DNA of 64,000 nt, taken from Nitrososphaeria archaeon. GTDB lineage: Archaea; Thermoproteota; Nitrososphaeria; Geothermarchaeales; JDFR-13. The stretch's first letter is position 1. Each line of letters starts with the position of its first letter. Made by a program: the position numbers and the translations under genes. The stretch lies in the NCBI GenBank assembly GCA_027078545.1, contig JALWXN010000004.1:352001-416000 (forward strand). The letters are read 5' to 3'. Below the pieces are notes generated by a model that saw only the letters and a list, made by a program, of their open reading frames with translations, had not been told where the DNA came from and did no database searches. Below, in pieces: positions 38,673 through 48,713 of the stretch.

Positions 38673-39347
38673 CTATCCCTTCACCCTTATCTCGGCCTCC
38701 TTCTTCATGAGGTATAGGAGTAGGAAGGCGACCGTGTCGGTGAGGAATATTAATAGTTCTGAGAAGGGCTTCTCAGGGAGTATGTCGACTCCCCTGGAGA
38801 AGATGATTAGTACTAGGCCTAGGGTCCATAGCTTACCGGTTATCACGCCCTTCTCGGAGTAGAGTATGTACTGTGAGAGGAGGAATGTTCCCTGTAGTAG
38901 GATCACTATGTTAGTGATCAGTATCCCGGTGTCTAGTAGGTCCCTTGAGAGGACTCCCAGGCCTGTCTGTAGTATGGGTATTAGGAGCATCTCTGCTTGG
39001 AGGGTCTCGAGCCTCTCCTCCACGAGCCTCTCACTCGTGGAGAGTAGGAGTATGAAGAGGCCTAGTGAGAATAGGCTGTTGTAGACCAGTACGGAGAGCC
39101 TCCTGTAGTAGTCCAGCTCCTGTATCGGTATGTCGGGGTTGATTATGGATACCCATATGTTGATACTGAGCATCGAGATCGTGGCTGTGATGAATAGTAG
39201 GAATGACAGTGTTATCAGCCTGAGCTGTTTAGACCTTGTTATCTCGTATCCAGTCCTGAAGAGTTGGAAGACGCTGTACTGGACGATCAGTAGGATGGCC
39301 CCCGTGACTAGGTATGTGGAGGCCATCCATAGGTTGATGTTTATCAA
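38673..39347 (-). CDS. Polytopic membrane protein (~6-7 TM)
   Basis: Multiple hydrophobic segments; abuts the wHTH gene. Confidence 0.7.
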   Translation of the reverse strand: MININLWMASTYLVTGAILLIVQYSVFQLFRTGYEITRSKQLRLITLSFLLFITATISMLSINIWVSIINPDIPIQELDYYRRLSVLVYNSLFSLGLFILLLSTSERLVEERLETLQAEMLLIPILQTGLGVLSRDLLDTGILITNIVILLQGTFLLSQYILYSEKGVITGKLWTLGLVLIIFSRGVDILPEKPFSELLIFLTDTVAFLLLYLMKKEAEIRVKG

Positions 39348-39444
39348 TATTTATCACCCTTTGGGAGGGTTTCGAGACCCACATTAATATAGTCTATTAA
39401 GATATCTTATAATGAACCTCTGGACCCCCCTTGGTGGACGCGGC

Positions 39445-40368
39445 ATGGATGACTCCCTCGAGTCCCTAGAGACTATGCTTATGAATGGCTATGTCTCCCC
39501 CGATCTACGGGAGGAGATCCTCCGTATAGGCTACCGTGTGAAGGAGGAGTTCCTCAGGTATCTGTATGAGGTCCCAATATCCTCCTCCCGGCTTAGGAAG
39601 GCTGTTCTACACCTGGCTGGGAGGGGTAAGTTCGTCAGGGGGATATTTACATATGTCTTTGCTAGGGCCCTTGGTGTTGATGAGGATAGGGCTATTATCC
39701 TGGCCGTCTCTACTGAGCTATACCACCTCGCCAGCCTGATCCACGACGACATTATAGATGGGGCTGGGTATAGGAGGGGGGTGGAGACTGTACATAGGAG
39801 GTTTGGCCTGGAGTATGCCATAATCGCGGGGGATCTCCTCATAGTCTATAGCAACCTCCTCCTATCACGGCTTGGGTGTAGGGTGATAAGTATCTATGCC
39901 TATGAGGGGGTCCGTCTAGCTGATGGCGAGGCCCTGGAGCTGGATATGGGGGCTATAAGGGATCTCGAGTCTTACTACCGTGTGATCGACCTGAAGACCT
40001 CCAGTGTCTTCGTGGCTATGCTGGAGTCCTCAGCAGTGTTGGCGGGTATGGATGATATGCTTGACCGGGTGAGGGACCTGGCTAGGGAGGTGGGCTACGC
40101 CTTCCAGATTGGTGATGACATCCTCGATGTGGTGGGTAACTCGTCGGTTACGGGTAAGGATACTGGTATGGATGTGGATGGGATCAATATCGTCAACATA
40201 TTCTTGAGGCAGGGCCTCAGTCCTGAGGAGGCTGTGGCGAGGGCTAGGGAGCTTCTCAGGAGGCATGTTGAGAGTGCCCTCTCGATGCTCAGGCTTTTTA
40301 GGCTTGAGGAGGGTTATACCCGTATATTGACCGCCCTTATCAGGAGCCTGGAGGTCAGGAGGCTATGA
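39445..40368 (+). CDS. Polyprenyl diphosphate synthase (GGPP synthase family)
   Basis: GKFVR, SLIHDDIID..RRG, LKT, FQIGDDILD, GKD. Confidence 0.92.
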   Translation: MDDSLESLETMLMNGYVSPDLREEILRIGYRVKEEFLRYLYEVPISSSRLRKAVLHLAGRGKFVRGIFTYVFARALGVDEDRAIILAVSTELYHLASLIHDDIIDGAGYRRGVETVHRRFGLEYAIIAGDLLIVYSNLLLSRLGCRVISIYAYEGVRLADGEALELDMGAIRDLESYYRVIDLKTSSVFVAMLESSAVLAGMDDMLDRVRDLAREVGYAFQIGDDILDVVGNSSVTGKDTGMDVDGINIVNIFLRQGLSPEEAVARARELLRRHVESALSMLRLFRLEEGYTRILTALIRSLEVRRL

Positions 40369-42194
40369 TTCCCCGGGCAGATATAGAGTCTATCCCATAT
40401 GTAGTGGGTCTCGCCGTCCTTATGCTCTACATCTATCTTCTACAGGTCTATGACGTTAGGAAGCGGTTTATAGAGTATCTTGGCCTAGTCCTCCTGGTTC
40501 TCGGCTCATTGGTTCCTGTGGGCTTCACCCTGTATAACCTGTGGAGCTTCAACCTGGAGTATAGCTATGTATTTAGCTATACCTACTCGGGTATGGAGCC
40601 GTTTGATAGGGCTGTTACCTCCCTATTCTCCATGCCTTGGGACGTGGCTATGCTGGCTGGGGTTTCGCTCTACATCGTGCTGAGGATACTCCTGTCGGGC
40701 TCCATGTATAGATCTGCCGTGAGGTCCGCATTATCGGCGTACCTCTTCTCACTCATGCCTCTCCTACTCGTCCCCATATTCTACCCCCCATTCGAGATCT
40801 ATGAGGATCTCGTGGCCCTGGATGGTATGGGGCTCCACCCCGTGGGTATAGATGGGGTGTTCCTCCTCGAGGCTGTATTGACGTATGTGGTTGTGGCTCT
40901 ACTCCTGGGGGCTGGGGGTCTAGGCCTGTATCTATGGAGGAACCCTGTGGATAGGGTCTACAGGGTCTCGAACACCCTTCTATACCTCGGGATATTCCTC
41001 GTTGCCCTCCTATACTTCCTGAGGATCTGGTTCAACCTCGTCTTTGGGGGTAGGGACAACTTCCTCAACTACACGAGTGTTGATGTGGCTATACTAACCC
41101 TCCTGGCCTCCTCCCTACTAGCCTATCAGGTTAGGCGGATAGCTGGTACGCGTGTCATTGGGGCTTCTGCCGTGGCTTCCTACCTGGTGGTGCTCTCTGC
41201 TATACTGCTTGTAGCGACCATCCATCCCGACGCCTTCTTCCCGTATAACAGTGTCTTGAACACGGGTGTCTACCTGGCTGTTCTCCTCTCCACCCTCTTC
41301 GTGGCGTCGTTCCCCGTTGGTAGGGAGATCTTTAGGAGGAGCTTCCTCCCATGGTTTAGTGAGAAGATGGAGGTCATGGTTAGGAGTGGCTCCGCCCTCC
41401 TCCTACTAGTCATCTCGGGGGCCTTCCTGATAGTCCTATTCAACCTCAGTATCTACTCCACCTTTGGTGAGGGCCTAGTAAGGATCTCAGAGGACTTCCT
41501 GGTCTCATCGGTCTTCCTACTCTCGATCTACCCGATGATCTCGATGATCGGTGAGTTGATAGCGCGTAGGTTCAACTCTATCAACGGCGTCATATTCGGG
41601 GTCTTCGGGATATACGCTGTCTTCGCCGGGGGCTTCAACAATAATATCTGGATTATCAGGGACTATGCCCCATACTTCTTCGTAGCCTCGATCCCGATAG
41701 GGATATTCCTGGGGTGGAGGTATAGGCACTACCCTGTGGCTAGGATCCTATTCTCACTCCTCTTCGGCCTACTACTCATTACCCAGGCCTTCTTCGTCAA
41801 GGGCCCGGCAACCGATGTTACTCAGGAGGAGCCGCTCGCCCTGGATGGGTTTACACTTAGGAATCCCAGCTTCAACGTAACCATTGTTAACGAGACTGTC
41901 TATCTAGAGCCGGGGTCCAACGAGTCTGTTGAGATGCTTAGTATTGAGGAGGCCCGTTTCGATGGTGGTGTTGTCCTGAGGAGATACTCCTTCAACGCTA
42001 GGGAGATAAGGTTTAGCCAAAATCTCCTCGTCGACTCCCCTCCATACATGTATGTCGTGGGGATGATAACGGGGAGTGAGGATAGGGTCTCGGTATATGC
42101 CTCGGAGGCTCTCTGGACTAGGGTCCTCTACCTCTTGATGCCCCTACTCCTCGTGGCCTATCTATACCTCGCCAGGAGGTTTGAGAGGTACTAG
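40365..42194 (+). CDS. Large polytopic membrane protein, divergent CcmF-like
   Basis: ~14-15 TM; FNLEYSYVFSY and PF..DGMGLHP match CcmF landmarks, but HPP and the Trp-rich WWD motif are absent. Confidence 0.55.
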   Translation: MIPRADIESIPYVVGLAVLMLYIYLLQVYDVRKRFIEYLGLVLLVLGSLVPVGFTLYNLWSFNLEYSYVFSYTYSGMEPFDRAVTSLFSMPWDVAMLAGVSLYIVLRILLSGSMYRSAVRSALSAYLFSLMPLLLVPIFYPPFEIYEDLVALDGMGLHPVGIDGVFLLEAVLTYVVVALLLGAGGLGLYLWRNPVDRVYRVSNTLLYLGIFLVALLYFLRIWFNLVFGGRDNFLNYTSVDVAILTLLASSLLAYQVRRIAGTRVIGASAVASYLVVLSAILLVATIHPDAFFPYNSVLNTGVYLAVLLSTLFVASFPVGREIFRRSFLPWFSEKMEVMVRSGSALLLLVISGAFLIVLFNLSIYSTFGEGLVRISEDFLVSSVFLLSIYPMISMIGELIARRFNSINGVIFGVFGIYAVFAGGFNNNIWIIRDYAPYFFVASIPIGIFLGWRYRHYPVARILFSLLFGLLLITQAFFVKGPATDVTQEEPLALDGFTLRNPSFNVTIVNETVYLEPGSNESVEMLSIEEARFDGGVVLRRYSFNAREIRFSQNLLVDSPPYMYVVGMITGSEDRVSVYASEALWTRVLYLLMPLLLVAYLYLARRFERY

Positions 42195-43291
42195 GTTATG
42201 CTGCATATTGGTATCGCCATGTATTCGTGGTAGCCCACCACGACCCTGACTATCCGTGGAAACCTGGTGATCAGTCCTGGGTCGTCCAGGTCTATGTAGA
42301 GGCATCTCACACCTCTCAGTTTGGTTCTGGCCGATACTACTAGCATGTCTACCAGGGGGTCTATCTTGGTTAATACCCTCCCTGTTATGACCTGGTTGCC
42401 CCGGCCCAGGAGGAACCCGGTTCCGCCTACTGGTGATATGACTATCTTGACCCTGCCTTTTTCGGCGTGTCTCAGTATGGTCTCCTCATCTACGTCTCTG
42501 GCGGCTAGCCTGTTATCCCTGATTATGTCGAAGCCTAGGGGTGTATATGGGATCTCGAGTATCTCATGTATCTTCTTGACGGTTCTCCCGGGGCCGGTCA
42601 CGTAGTATGTGCTGGGCTCCATCTCCTCAACCACTGTCTGGGCAATACCCAGTAGCTCCTCCTCAGGCGCCTCTGTGAAGGCCTTCCCACCCTGTATATA
42701 CCCCTCTATCCTGGGGCACCTCACCTCGCAGTATCTACGTATCTCTAGTATGCCTCTCCGGTATAGATCCTCGTCCAGGTCTAGTACCTCGCATATGCCT
42801 ATCTCCGCCTCTCCCCTAGCCATGTATGCAGCTATAGCTGCGGCTGCCTCTGGGGATACGGCGAAGCATGGGCTATACATCTTCACCCCTGAGGGTACAC
42901 CTAGTACCGGTGTATCCCTCTCGAGGCCTCTACACACGTCCCTGGCTGTGCCGTCCCCACCCACGAAGACTATCAAGTCCACTAGGCCTGACAGTATCCT
43001 GGCCGTCTCCACTGTGTCCCTGGGGCTGGTGGGTTCGCCGGGGCTATACACTATCCTGTGGGGCATCCCTGTATCCCTGAGGTAGTCCCCACCCATTACG
43101 CCACTCGCCGTGTATATCTCGGCATCTATCCCGAGCCTGGCCAGCCTATCTATGAATCTCCTGGCCCTAAGGGGTGATACGGGCTTGGCCCCCCTCCTCA
43201 ACGCCTCGTGGTATAGGTTGTCGGTACCCTTTAGACCTACCCGTCCACCCATGCCTGCTATGGGGTTTACTATGAAGCCTATCCTCATCAC
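42191..43291 (-). CDS. ATP-NAD kinase-like protein (COG3199 type)
   Basis: NPIAGMGGRVGLKGTD, GGDGTARD, GVKMYS, GFLLGRGNQ. Confidence 0.9.
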   Translation of the reverse strand: MMRIGFIVNPIAGMGGRVGLKGTDNLYHEALRRGAKPVSPLRARRFIDRLARLGIDAEIYTASGVMGGDYLRDTGMPHRIVYSPGEPTSPRDTVETARILSGLVDLIVFVGGDGTARDVCRGLERDTPVLGVPSGVKMYSPCFAVSPEAAAAIAAYMARGEAEIGICEVLDLDEDLYRRGILEIRRYCEVRCPRIEGYIQGGKAFTEAPEEELLGIAQTVVEEMEPSTYYVTGPGRTVKKIHEILEIPYTPLGFDIIRDNRLAARDVDEETILRHAEKGRVKIVISPVGGTGFLLGRGNQVITGRVLTKIDPLVDMLVVSARTKLRGVRCLYIDLDDPGLITRFPRIVRVVVGYHEYMAIPICSIT

Positions 43292-43378
43292 TACCTAACC
43301 GTCTATGTATCCCCTCTTACCGCTACGTGGCTGGGCCAAATATTTAAATTCGGGGCTCCGCCGTAAATTATGATTGGT

Positions 43379-43492
43379 AGCCCCGTGGTGTAGCGGCCAA
43401 GCATGCCGACCCCCTATATGGGGGGTGTAGGGCTCTGGATCCCGGGGAGGAGATCCCCGGTGACCCCGGTTCGAATCCGGGCGGGGCTACCA
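43379..43492 (+). tRNA. tRNA-Gln(CTG) with two introns (43409-43430 at 29/30; 43439-43454 at 37/38), CCA encoded
   Basis: Removing both inserts restores CCGGG-CTCTGGC-CCCGG; both fold as bulge-helix-bulge; TTTAAA ~30 nt upstream. Confidence 0.9.
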
Positions 43493-43497
43493 GACAC

Positions 43498-44367
43498 CTA
43501 TCTCCTCCTTAGTAGGTGTGAGGCGTCGCAGTACACGTCCTTGTCGTCTAGGTGTTCCAGCCCCTCTCTACAGGTTATGAAGGTCATTTCATATCTATGG
43601 GCTAGGCTCCTCGCCATCCTGAGTATCCCCTCCCTATAGGCGGTGGATGCGTATCTATATCCGTTTATCCTCGGGCCTCTATAGAGATCTCTATACACCT
43701 CTTGGAACCTCGGTATCGACTTAATCATCCTCCCTAGGTTGTCTGGCTTGGCCTTATAGACCGAGGAGACTATGTGTCTAGCGCCCTTCTCAGAGGCGCT
43801 TCTGATCAGCTCCTCCAGGTCTTCTGCCCTGTCGGTGACCCCTGGTATTATAGGGTCTATCCTCACCGCTATTGGTATACCCGCATCTGATAGTCTTGAT
43901 ACTGTCTCTAGCCTCTCCCTGGGGCTTGGGGCTCCTGGCTCCACCGCCCTGGCAATTTCCTCCCTATGGGTCGTGATGGTTATGGATACCGCTGTATCCA
44001 TCTCTGTGAGTATGTCGATATCCCTCTCTACGAGGTTGGACTTCGTCGTTATGAGTACTGGTACGCCATACTCCCTGAGTATCTTGAGTGTCTGCCTGGT
44101 GTAGCCATATATCTTCTCGAGTGGCTGGTATGGATCTGTGCTGAAGGATATTGCTATCGGGAGGCTATCCTCTAGGATCGCGACCTCCTTCTCAAGCCTC
44201 TTTAGGAAGTCTTTCTTGGGCCTTGGGTTGAAGCCCCTCGGTATATAGCTCGTTATGTAGCAGTATCTACACCCGTATTGGCAACCGGTGTATGGGTTTA
44301 GGCTGTACTTGGGTGGGCATGTGCATAGGCTGCTCCTCCACGGATCGAAGGGCTGTATAAGCCTCAT
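43498..44367 (-). CDS. Radical SAM protein (spore photoproduct lyase-like family)
   Basis: NPYTGCQYGCRYCY, TDPYQP, TTKS, EPGAP. Confidence 0.9.
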   Translation of the reverse strand: MRLIQPFDPWRSSLCTCPPKYSLNPYTGCQYGCRYCYITSYIPRGFNPRPKKDFLKRLEKEVAILEDSLPIAISFSTDPYQPLEKIYGYTRQTLKILREYGVPVLITTKSNLVERDIDILTEMDTAVSITITTHREEIARAVEPGAPSPRERLETVSRLSDAGIPIAVRIDPIIPGVTDRAEDLEELIRSASEKGARHIVSSVYKAKPDNLGRMIKSIPRFQEVYRDLYRGPRINGYRYASTAYREGILRMARSLAHRYEMTFITCREGLEHLDDKDVYCDASHLLRRR

Positions 44368-45329
44368 ATGTATTCCTCCCTCCTCACGATGTTCCTAGGC
44401 TGCTCACCCATCAGGAATCTCCTCAGGTTCTCCAGTGCGTGTCTCAGGAGCTTCTCCCTGTAGCCGGGCCATGTACCCGCTACGTGGGGGGTCATAACCA
44501 TGTTCTCGAGTAGGTGGAAGGGGAGGTCCTGGAAGGTCTCCTCCCCCCTCCTCTGGGGGTATACCCACCAGACGTCTAGGGCTGCCCATAGCCTACCCCT
44601 ACTCAGCTCGTCGAAGAGGGCCTCCTCCTCAATCACCGGTCCACGCCCAACATTCACCACCACGGCTCCATGCCTAAGCCTCCTGAGGACCTCCCTGTCT
44701 ATGGCTCCCCTCGTCTCCCTGGTCAGGGGTAGTGCTATTACGAGGAAGTCTGTCTCGTGGAGTATCTCGAGGGCCTCATCAGGCTTAAGTATAGCGTCTA
44801 CATATTCGTCGCTCCCACCGCTCCTCCTGACCCCGTATATCCTCGGCTTGAAGGGCTTTAGACGCCTGGCTATCTCCCTCCCTATGGAGCCGTAGCCCCA
44901 TATCACTACTGTGGAGTCTCTGATTAGCCGGGGGTACTCCACCCTCCAGATGCCCTGCCTCATCTCCCTGTCTAGGAGGACTATCCTTTTCGCGGCTGCT
45001 AGTAGGAGGGCTACTGCGTACTCGGCCACCTCCTCGGCGTTGGCTCCCGAGTTTGAGGCTACCACGGCCTTCTCCGGGAGGTCTTGGAAGGGTATGTTGT
45101 CTACGCCAGCGGCAAGTGTCTGTATGAATCTTAGGTTTCTGGCCCGCCTCAAAATCTCCCTTACCAGTGGGTTCCGGGCCGTTGCTACGAGGGCTGCCAC
45201 TGCCTCCTCGGCCTCATCGCCTATACCGTCGTCTATGTAGAGTGGCTCCGCCAGGCCTCCTATATACTCCTCGACCAGCCTCCTCTCATCCTGGCCGAGT
45301 CTCCTAACGAGTATCAGTACCCTGGGCAT
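44364..45329 (-). CDS. D-isomer-specific 2-hydroxyacid dehydrogenase
   Basis: GYGSIG, LPLT, VNVGRG, LDVW, TPHVAG. Confidence 0.93.
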   Translation of the reverse strand: MPRVLILVRRLGQDERRLVEEYIGGLAEPLYIDDGIGDEAEEAVAALVATARNPLVREILRRARNLRFIQTLAAGVDNIPFQDLPEKAVVASNSGANAEEVAEYAVALLLAAAKRIVLLDREMRQGIWRVEYPRLIRDSTVVIWGYGSIGREIARRLKPFKPRIYGVRRSGGSDEYVDAILKPDEALEILHETDFLVIALPLTRETRGAIDREVLRRLRHGAVVVNVGRGPVIEEEALFDELSRGRLWAALDVWWVYPQRRGEETFQDLPFHLLENMVMTPHVAGTWPGYREKLLRHALENLRRFLMGEQPRNIVRREEYI

Positions 45330-45404
45330 CTCGCCACATATTCCTGATTCCCCTGGGGAGATATATCATGTAGGCTTTATCCCCTGTCCCGGGGTATTCC
45401 TCCT

Positions 45405-46283
45405 ATGATGAGGATAAGTTTCTACTCGGGTGAGAGCCTAGGCACCCGTGGAATGGCCACCCTCGTGGAGACCCGTGGACTGAGGATATTCATCGATCCA
45501 GGTGTGGCCCTGGGGCCTAGGAGGTATGGCCTCCCACCCCATAGGCTGGAGCTTGAGGCTAAGGAGGAGCAGTGGAGACGGATAGTGGAGGCCGCCTCGA
45601 GGGCCGATGTGGTTGTGGTTACACATTATCATTACGACCATCACAACCCGTGGAGCTCTGTGGCGGAGGTATATGGGGATAAGGATGTCTATATCAAGGA
45701 TTATCAGAACAATATTAATCCCAGCCAGATCAGGAGGAGTAGGTTCTTCCTCCATAGGCTTGAGGAGGAGGGTGTGGATATCTCCCGTGTAAGGGTGGCG
45801 GACAATAGTAGTGTGGAGTATGGAGGGGTTAGGATAGTCTTCAGCCCACCCTTCTACCACGGCGACTCACCCAAGCTAGGCTATGTGGTGATGGTCCTGG
45901 TGGATGATGGTGATAGGAGGCTCCTCTACACCAGTGATGTGGAGGGCCCCATGTATAGTGAGCCCCTGAGATACATCCTCTCCACCGAGGCGGATATAGT
46001 GGTGCTTGACGGGCCCCCTACATATCTGGCGAGCTATGACGAGTCGGTGATTGGGGAGGCCCTACGGAATGTCTCGCTCATCCTTAGGCAGGAGTGGCTA
46101 GAGACGCTTATCCTTGAGCACCACTTCCTGAGGGATAAGAGGTATGGGGAGTATCTATCGATGATCGAGGGGTATGGAGAGTATGGATACAAGGTTATGT
46201 GCTTCGCCGAGTATATGGGGTGGGAGCCCAGGTTTTTAGAGATGTATCGTGACGAGTTATATAGTGGGGAGGGTGGAGAGTAA
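45405..46283 (+). CDS. UPF0282-type metallo-beta-lactamase-fold hydrolase
   Basis: ESLGTR, IDPGVALGPRRYGLPP, THYHYDHH, HG, SDVEG, HHFLRD. Confidence 0.88.
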   Translation: MMRISFYSGESLGTRGMATLVETRGLRIFIDPGVALGPRRYGLPPHRLELEAKEEQWRRIVEAASRADVVVVTHYHYDHHNPWSSVAEVYGDKDVYIKDYQNNINPSQIRRSRFFLHRLEEEGVDISRVRVADNSSVEYGGVRIVFSPPFYHGDSPKLGYVVMVLVDDGDRRLLYTSDVEGPMYSEPLRYILSTEADIVVLDGPPTYLASYDESVIGEALRNVSLILRQEWLETLILEHHFLRDKRYGEYLSMIEGYGEYGYKVMCFAEYMGWEPRFLEMYRDELYSGEGGE

Positions 46284-46285
46284 CT

Positions 46286-48019
46286 GTGACCTATGTCAAG
46301 GAGGTCATCCTAGAGAACTTCATGTCCTATGAATATGCCCGTATACCCCTCTCCAGGGGCCTAAACATAATAACTGGGCCCAACGGGGCGGGTAAGTCTA
46401 CCATACTCCTAGGCATATCTATAGCCATGGGTCAGAGCCATACGGAGAGGGGTAGGAGGCTCTCAGACCTTATAAGGATAGGTAGGGATGTGGCCAGGGT
46501 CTCGATAGTTCTCGACAATAGGGAGGTGGATGGGCGCCGACCATTCCCGGGGATCAGGTCTGACGAGGTTGTCTTCACCAGGATTATCAGGAGTGATGGG
46601 AACTATCTTTATGAGGTTAACTATAGGGCCTCCTCCAAGGCCGAGGTTAGGTATCTCCTCGGCTCGGTGGGCATCAATCCTGACAATATACTCATCATAA
46701 TGCATCAGAACATGATCGAGAGCTTCAACTTCATCGATAGTAGGGAGAAGGTTAAGCTGTTTGAGGAGGCCCTGGGGATCTCGGGCCTGAGGAGTAGGAT
46801 TGTGGAGGCTAGGGAACGGCTGGCCAGGATAGCTAGTGAGGAGGAGGCTGTTAGGAGGCGTTTCCGGGACGTGGAGAGCCTTATGGAGAAGTGGAGGGAG
46901 ATGTATAGGAGGTGGGAGGAGAAGAGGGGCCTGATCAATGAGCTGAGCCGTCTAGAGGCTATGTATGCATGGGGCAGGGTCAGGAATATGGAGGCCGAGC
47001 TGAACAGCCTGAGGGATCTCGAGAGTAGGCTGAGGGACGAGAAGGCAGGTCTCGAGGAGGAGGTCTCGAGGCTTAGGCTCAGCCTCAGGGAGCTGGAGGA
47101 GGATCTTAAGCATCTCTACGCCGTGGTTAGGGACTCCTTCAGGGAGCCCGGTGGGAATCCAGGCCTTATAGACGAGTTGATAGGTAGGATTGATGGGCTG
47201 AGGCTTAGGTATGGCGATCTCAGGGCTTCTGAGGCGGTGAAGACCTATAGGATCGAGGTGTTGGAGAGGGAGCTCCATGAGCTTGGGGAGAGGATTAGGA
47301 GGGCTGAGGGGGAGGCGAGGCTACTGAGGATGGAGGCCTCACGATACCCGGAGATATATCCTGAGAAGCCCCTCTCAGAGATCCTCGGGGAGATAAGGGC
47401 GGTGAAGAAGATGTTGGAGAAGTACGGCGATGTAGATGAGACTGCCGCTGCCTCCTACGAGTATTACAGGAGGCTCTATGAGGAGTATAGGGAGAGGCTT
47501 GAGGAGATTGTTGAGAATAGGGATCGGCTGTATAAGGAGCTGGAGAGGCGTGTCAAGAGGTGGAGGGAGGAGCTTGAGAAGTACGTCTCACGGGTCTCCG
47601 ACGAGTTTAACAGGATCCTAGCCAGGTTCGGGGCAACCGGCTATGCCAGGCTGGAGGATCCGGAGGATATTGAGACGGCCCGTCTAGAGATATATGTAGG
47701 CTATGGAGGGGCCACGCCTACGCTACTCGACGCCTATAGGCAGAGTGGTGGTGAGCGTACAGTTGCTGCGATGGCCTTCCTCCTAGCTATGCAGAGGCTC
47801 GTCAAGTCTCCCTTCAGGGCTGTCGACGAGTTCGATGTCCATATGGATCCTAGGAATAGGGCTAGGGTGATGGAGCTCCTCATGGAGTATATGTCGAGTG
47901 TGGGTGGGCAGTACCTAGTCATCACCCCCGGCTATATAGGGGACTATGTCCGTGACGCCCACGTCATAGTTGTCCAGAAGGTTGAGGGTAGGTCTGGGGT
48001 GGCGCTCTACAGTGAGTAG
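46286..48019 (+). CDS. Short SMC-family ATPase (Smc5/6-like head, no evident hinge)
   Basis: LENFMSY, GPNGAGKS, Q-loop MHQ, QSGGE, PFRAVDEFDVHMD, LVITP; ~270-aa coiled coil. Confidence 0.92.
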   Translation: MTYVKEVILENFMSYEYARIPLSRGLNIITGPNGAGKSTILLGISIAMGQSHTERGRRLSDLIRIGRDVARVSIVLDNREVDGRRPFPGIRSDEVVFTRIIRSDGNYLYEVNYRASSKAEVRYLLGSVGINPDNILIIMHQNMIESFNFIDSREKVKLFEEALGISGLRSRIVEARERLARIASEEEAVRRRFRDVESLMEKWREMYRRWEEKRGLINELSRLEAMYAWGRVRNMEAELNSLRDLESRLRDEKAGLEEEVSRLRLSLRELEEDLKHLYAVVRDSFREPGGNPGLIDELIGRIDGLRLRYGDLRASEAVKTYRIEVLERELHELGERIRRAEGEARLLRMEASRYPEIYPEKPLSEILGEIRAVKKMLEKYGDVDETAAASYEYYRRLYEEYRERLEEIVENRDRLYKELERRVKRWREELEKYVSRVSDEFNRILARFGATGYARLEDPEDIETARLEIYVGYGGATPTLLDAYRQSGGERTVAAMAFLLAMQRLVKSPFRAVDEFDVHMDPRNRARVMELLMEYMSSVGGQYLVITPGYIGDYVRDAHVIVVQKVEGRSGVALYSE

Positions 48020-48713
48020 GGAGGAGATATATGGCAGGATAGTGGATCTAGCGGCTAGGGTGGCGCGTGGGGAGCTCGACCCGCTGGAGGTTGAGATATC
48101 CACCCTCCTGGCGAGGATTGAGGAGGTGGATATTGAGAGGCTCCCAGTAGAGGTTTTTAGGCAGGATGTGGAGGCTATACATGGCCTCGCCCTTATCCTA
48201 GCTATGCAGAAGGATAGGATAAAGGCGTCGCTGGAGGGTCTGAGCCTCGACGCTCTGCTGGTTAAGACTATCATCCTCTCCCTGGGGGTGGAGGAGCTGG
48301 CGGACCTGTTGAGGGCTATACATAGGCCTGTCGCCGAGGTCTCGGTGATGACTGAGGAGTATCTTGCGGAGGCCCTGGCCTACTTCAGATCCGTGGTGAG
48401 GCCTGGCGGTCTGGTTGGTGGGGAGCCTGTGGAGGTTGAGCCGGAGGTCTTCCCCGAGGAGGATATTAGGCGTGACATGGAGGAGATGTGGAGGCGCCTC
48501 CTGGAGGAGTATGGTGAGGAGTGGATATCCTATGACGAGGTGGTTGGGGGCGATGTCTATAGGGCCTACCTGGTGAGCCACCTGGTTACCGAGGGTTATA
48601 TGGATATGAGGATGGACCGTGTGGCTGGAGAGGCATATTTACGTCCCCTTAGGAGGCGTCGGGAGCTCCGTAACCCGGCCTCTCTACCGGTGGTGGTTAG
48701 GCGTGGAGGGTGA
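48012..48713 (+). CDS. Kleisin (ScpA/Nse4-like)
   Basis: N-terminal IVDLAARVARGELDPLEV and C-terminal WH AYLVSHLVTEGYMDMRMDRVAGEAYL; GTG start overlaps the SMC stop. Confidence 0.75.
   Translation: MSREEIYGRIVDLAARVARGELDPLEVEISTLLARIEEVDIERLPVEVFRQDVEAIHGLALILAMQKDRIKASLEGLSLDALLVKTIILSLGVEELADLLRAIHRPVAEVSVMTEEYLAEALAYFRSVVRPGGLVGGEPVEVEPEVFPEEDIRRDMEEMWRRLLEEYGEEWISYDEVVGGDVYRAYLVSHLVTEGYMDMRMDRVAGEAYLRPLRRRRELRNPASLPVVVRRGG

Noticed and set aside
46286-48019. Rad50/SbcC assignment for the coiled-coil ATPase
   Set aside because: No CxxC hook, no adjacent Mre11, Walker B/D-loop is DEFDVHMD rather than DEPT, and kleisin/KITE-like neighbours are present
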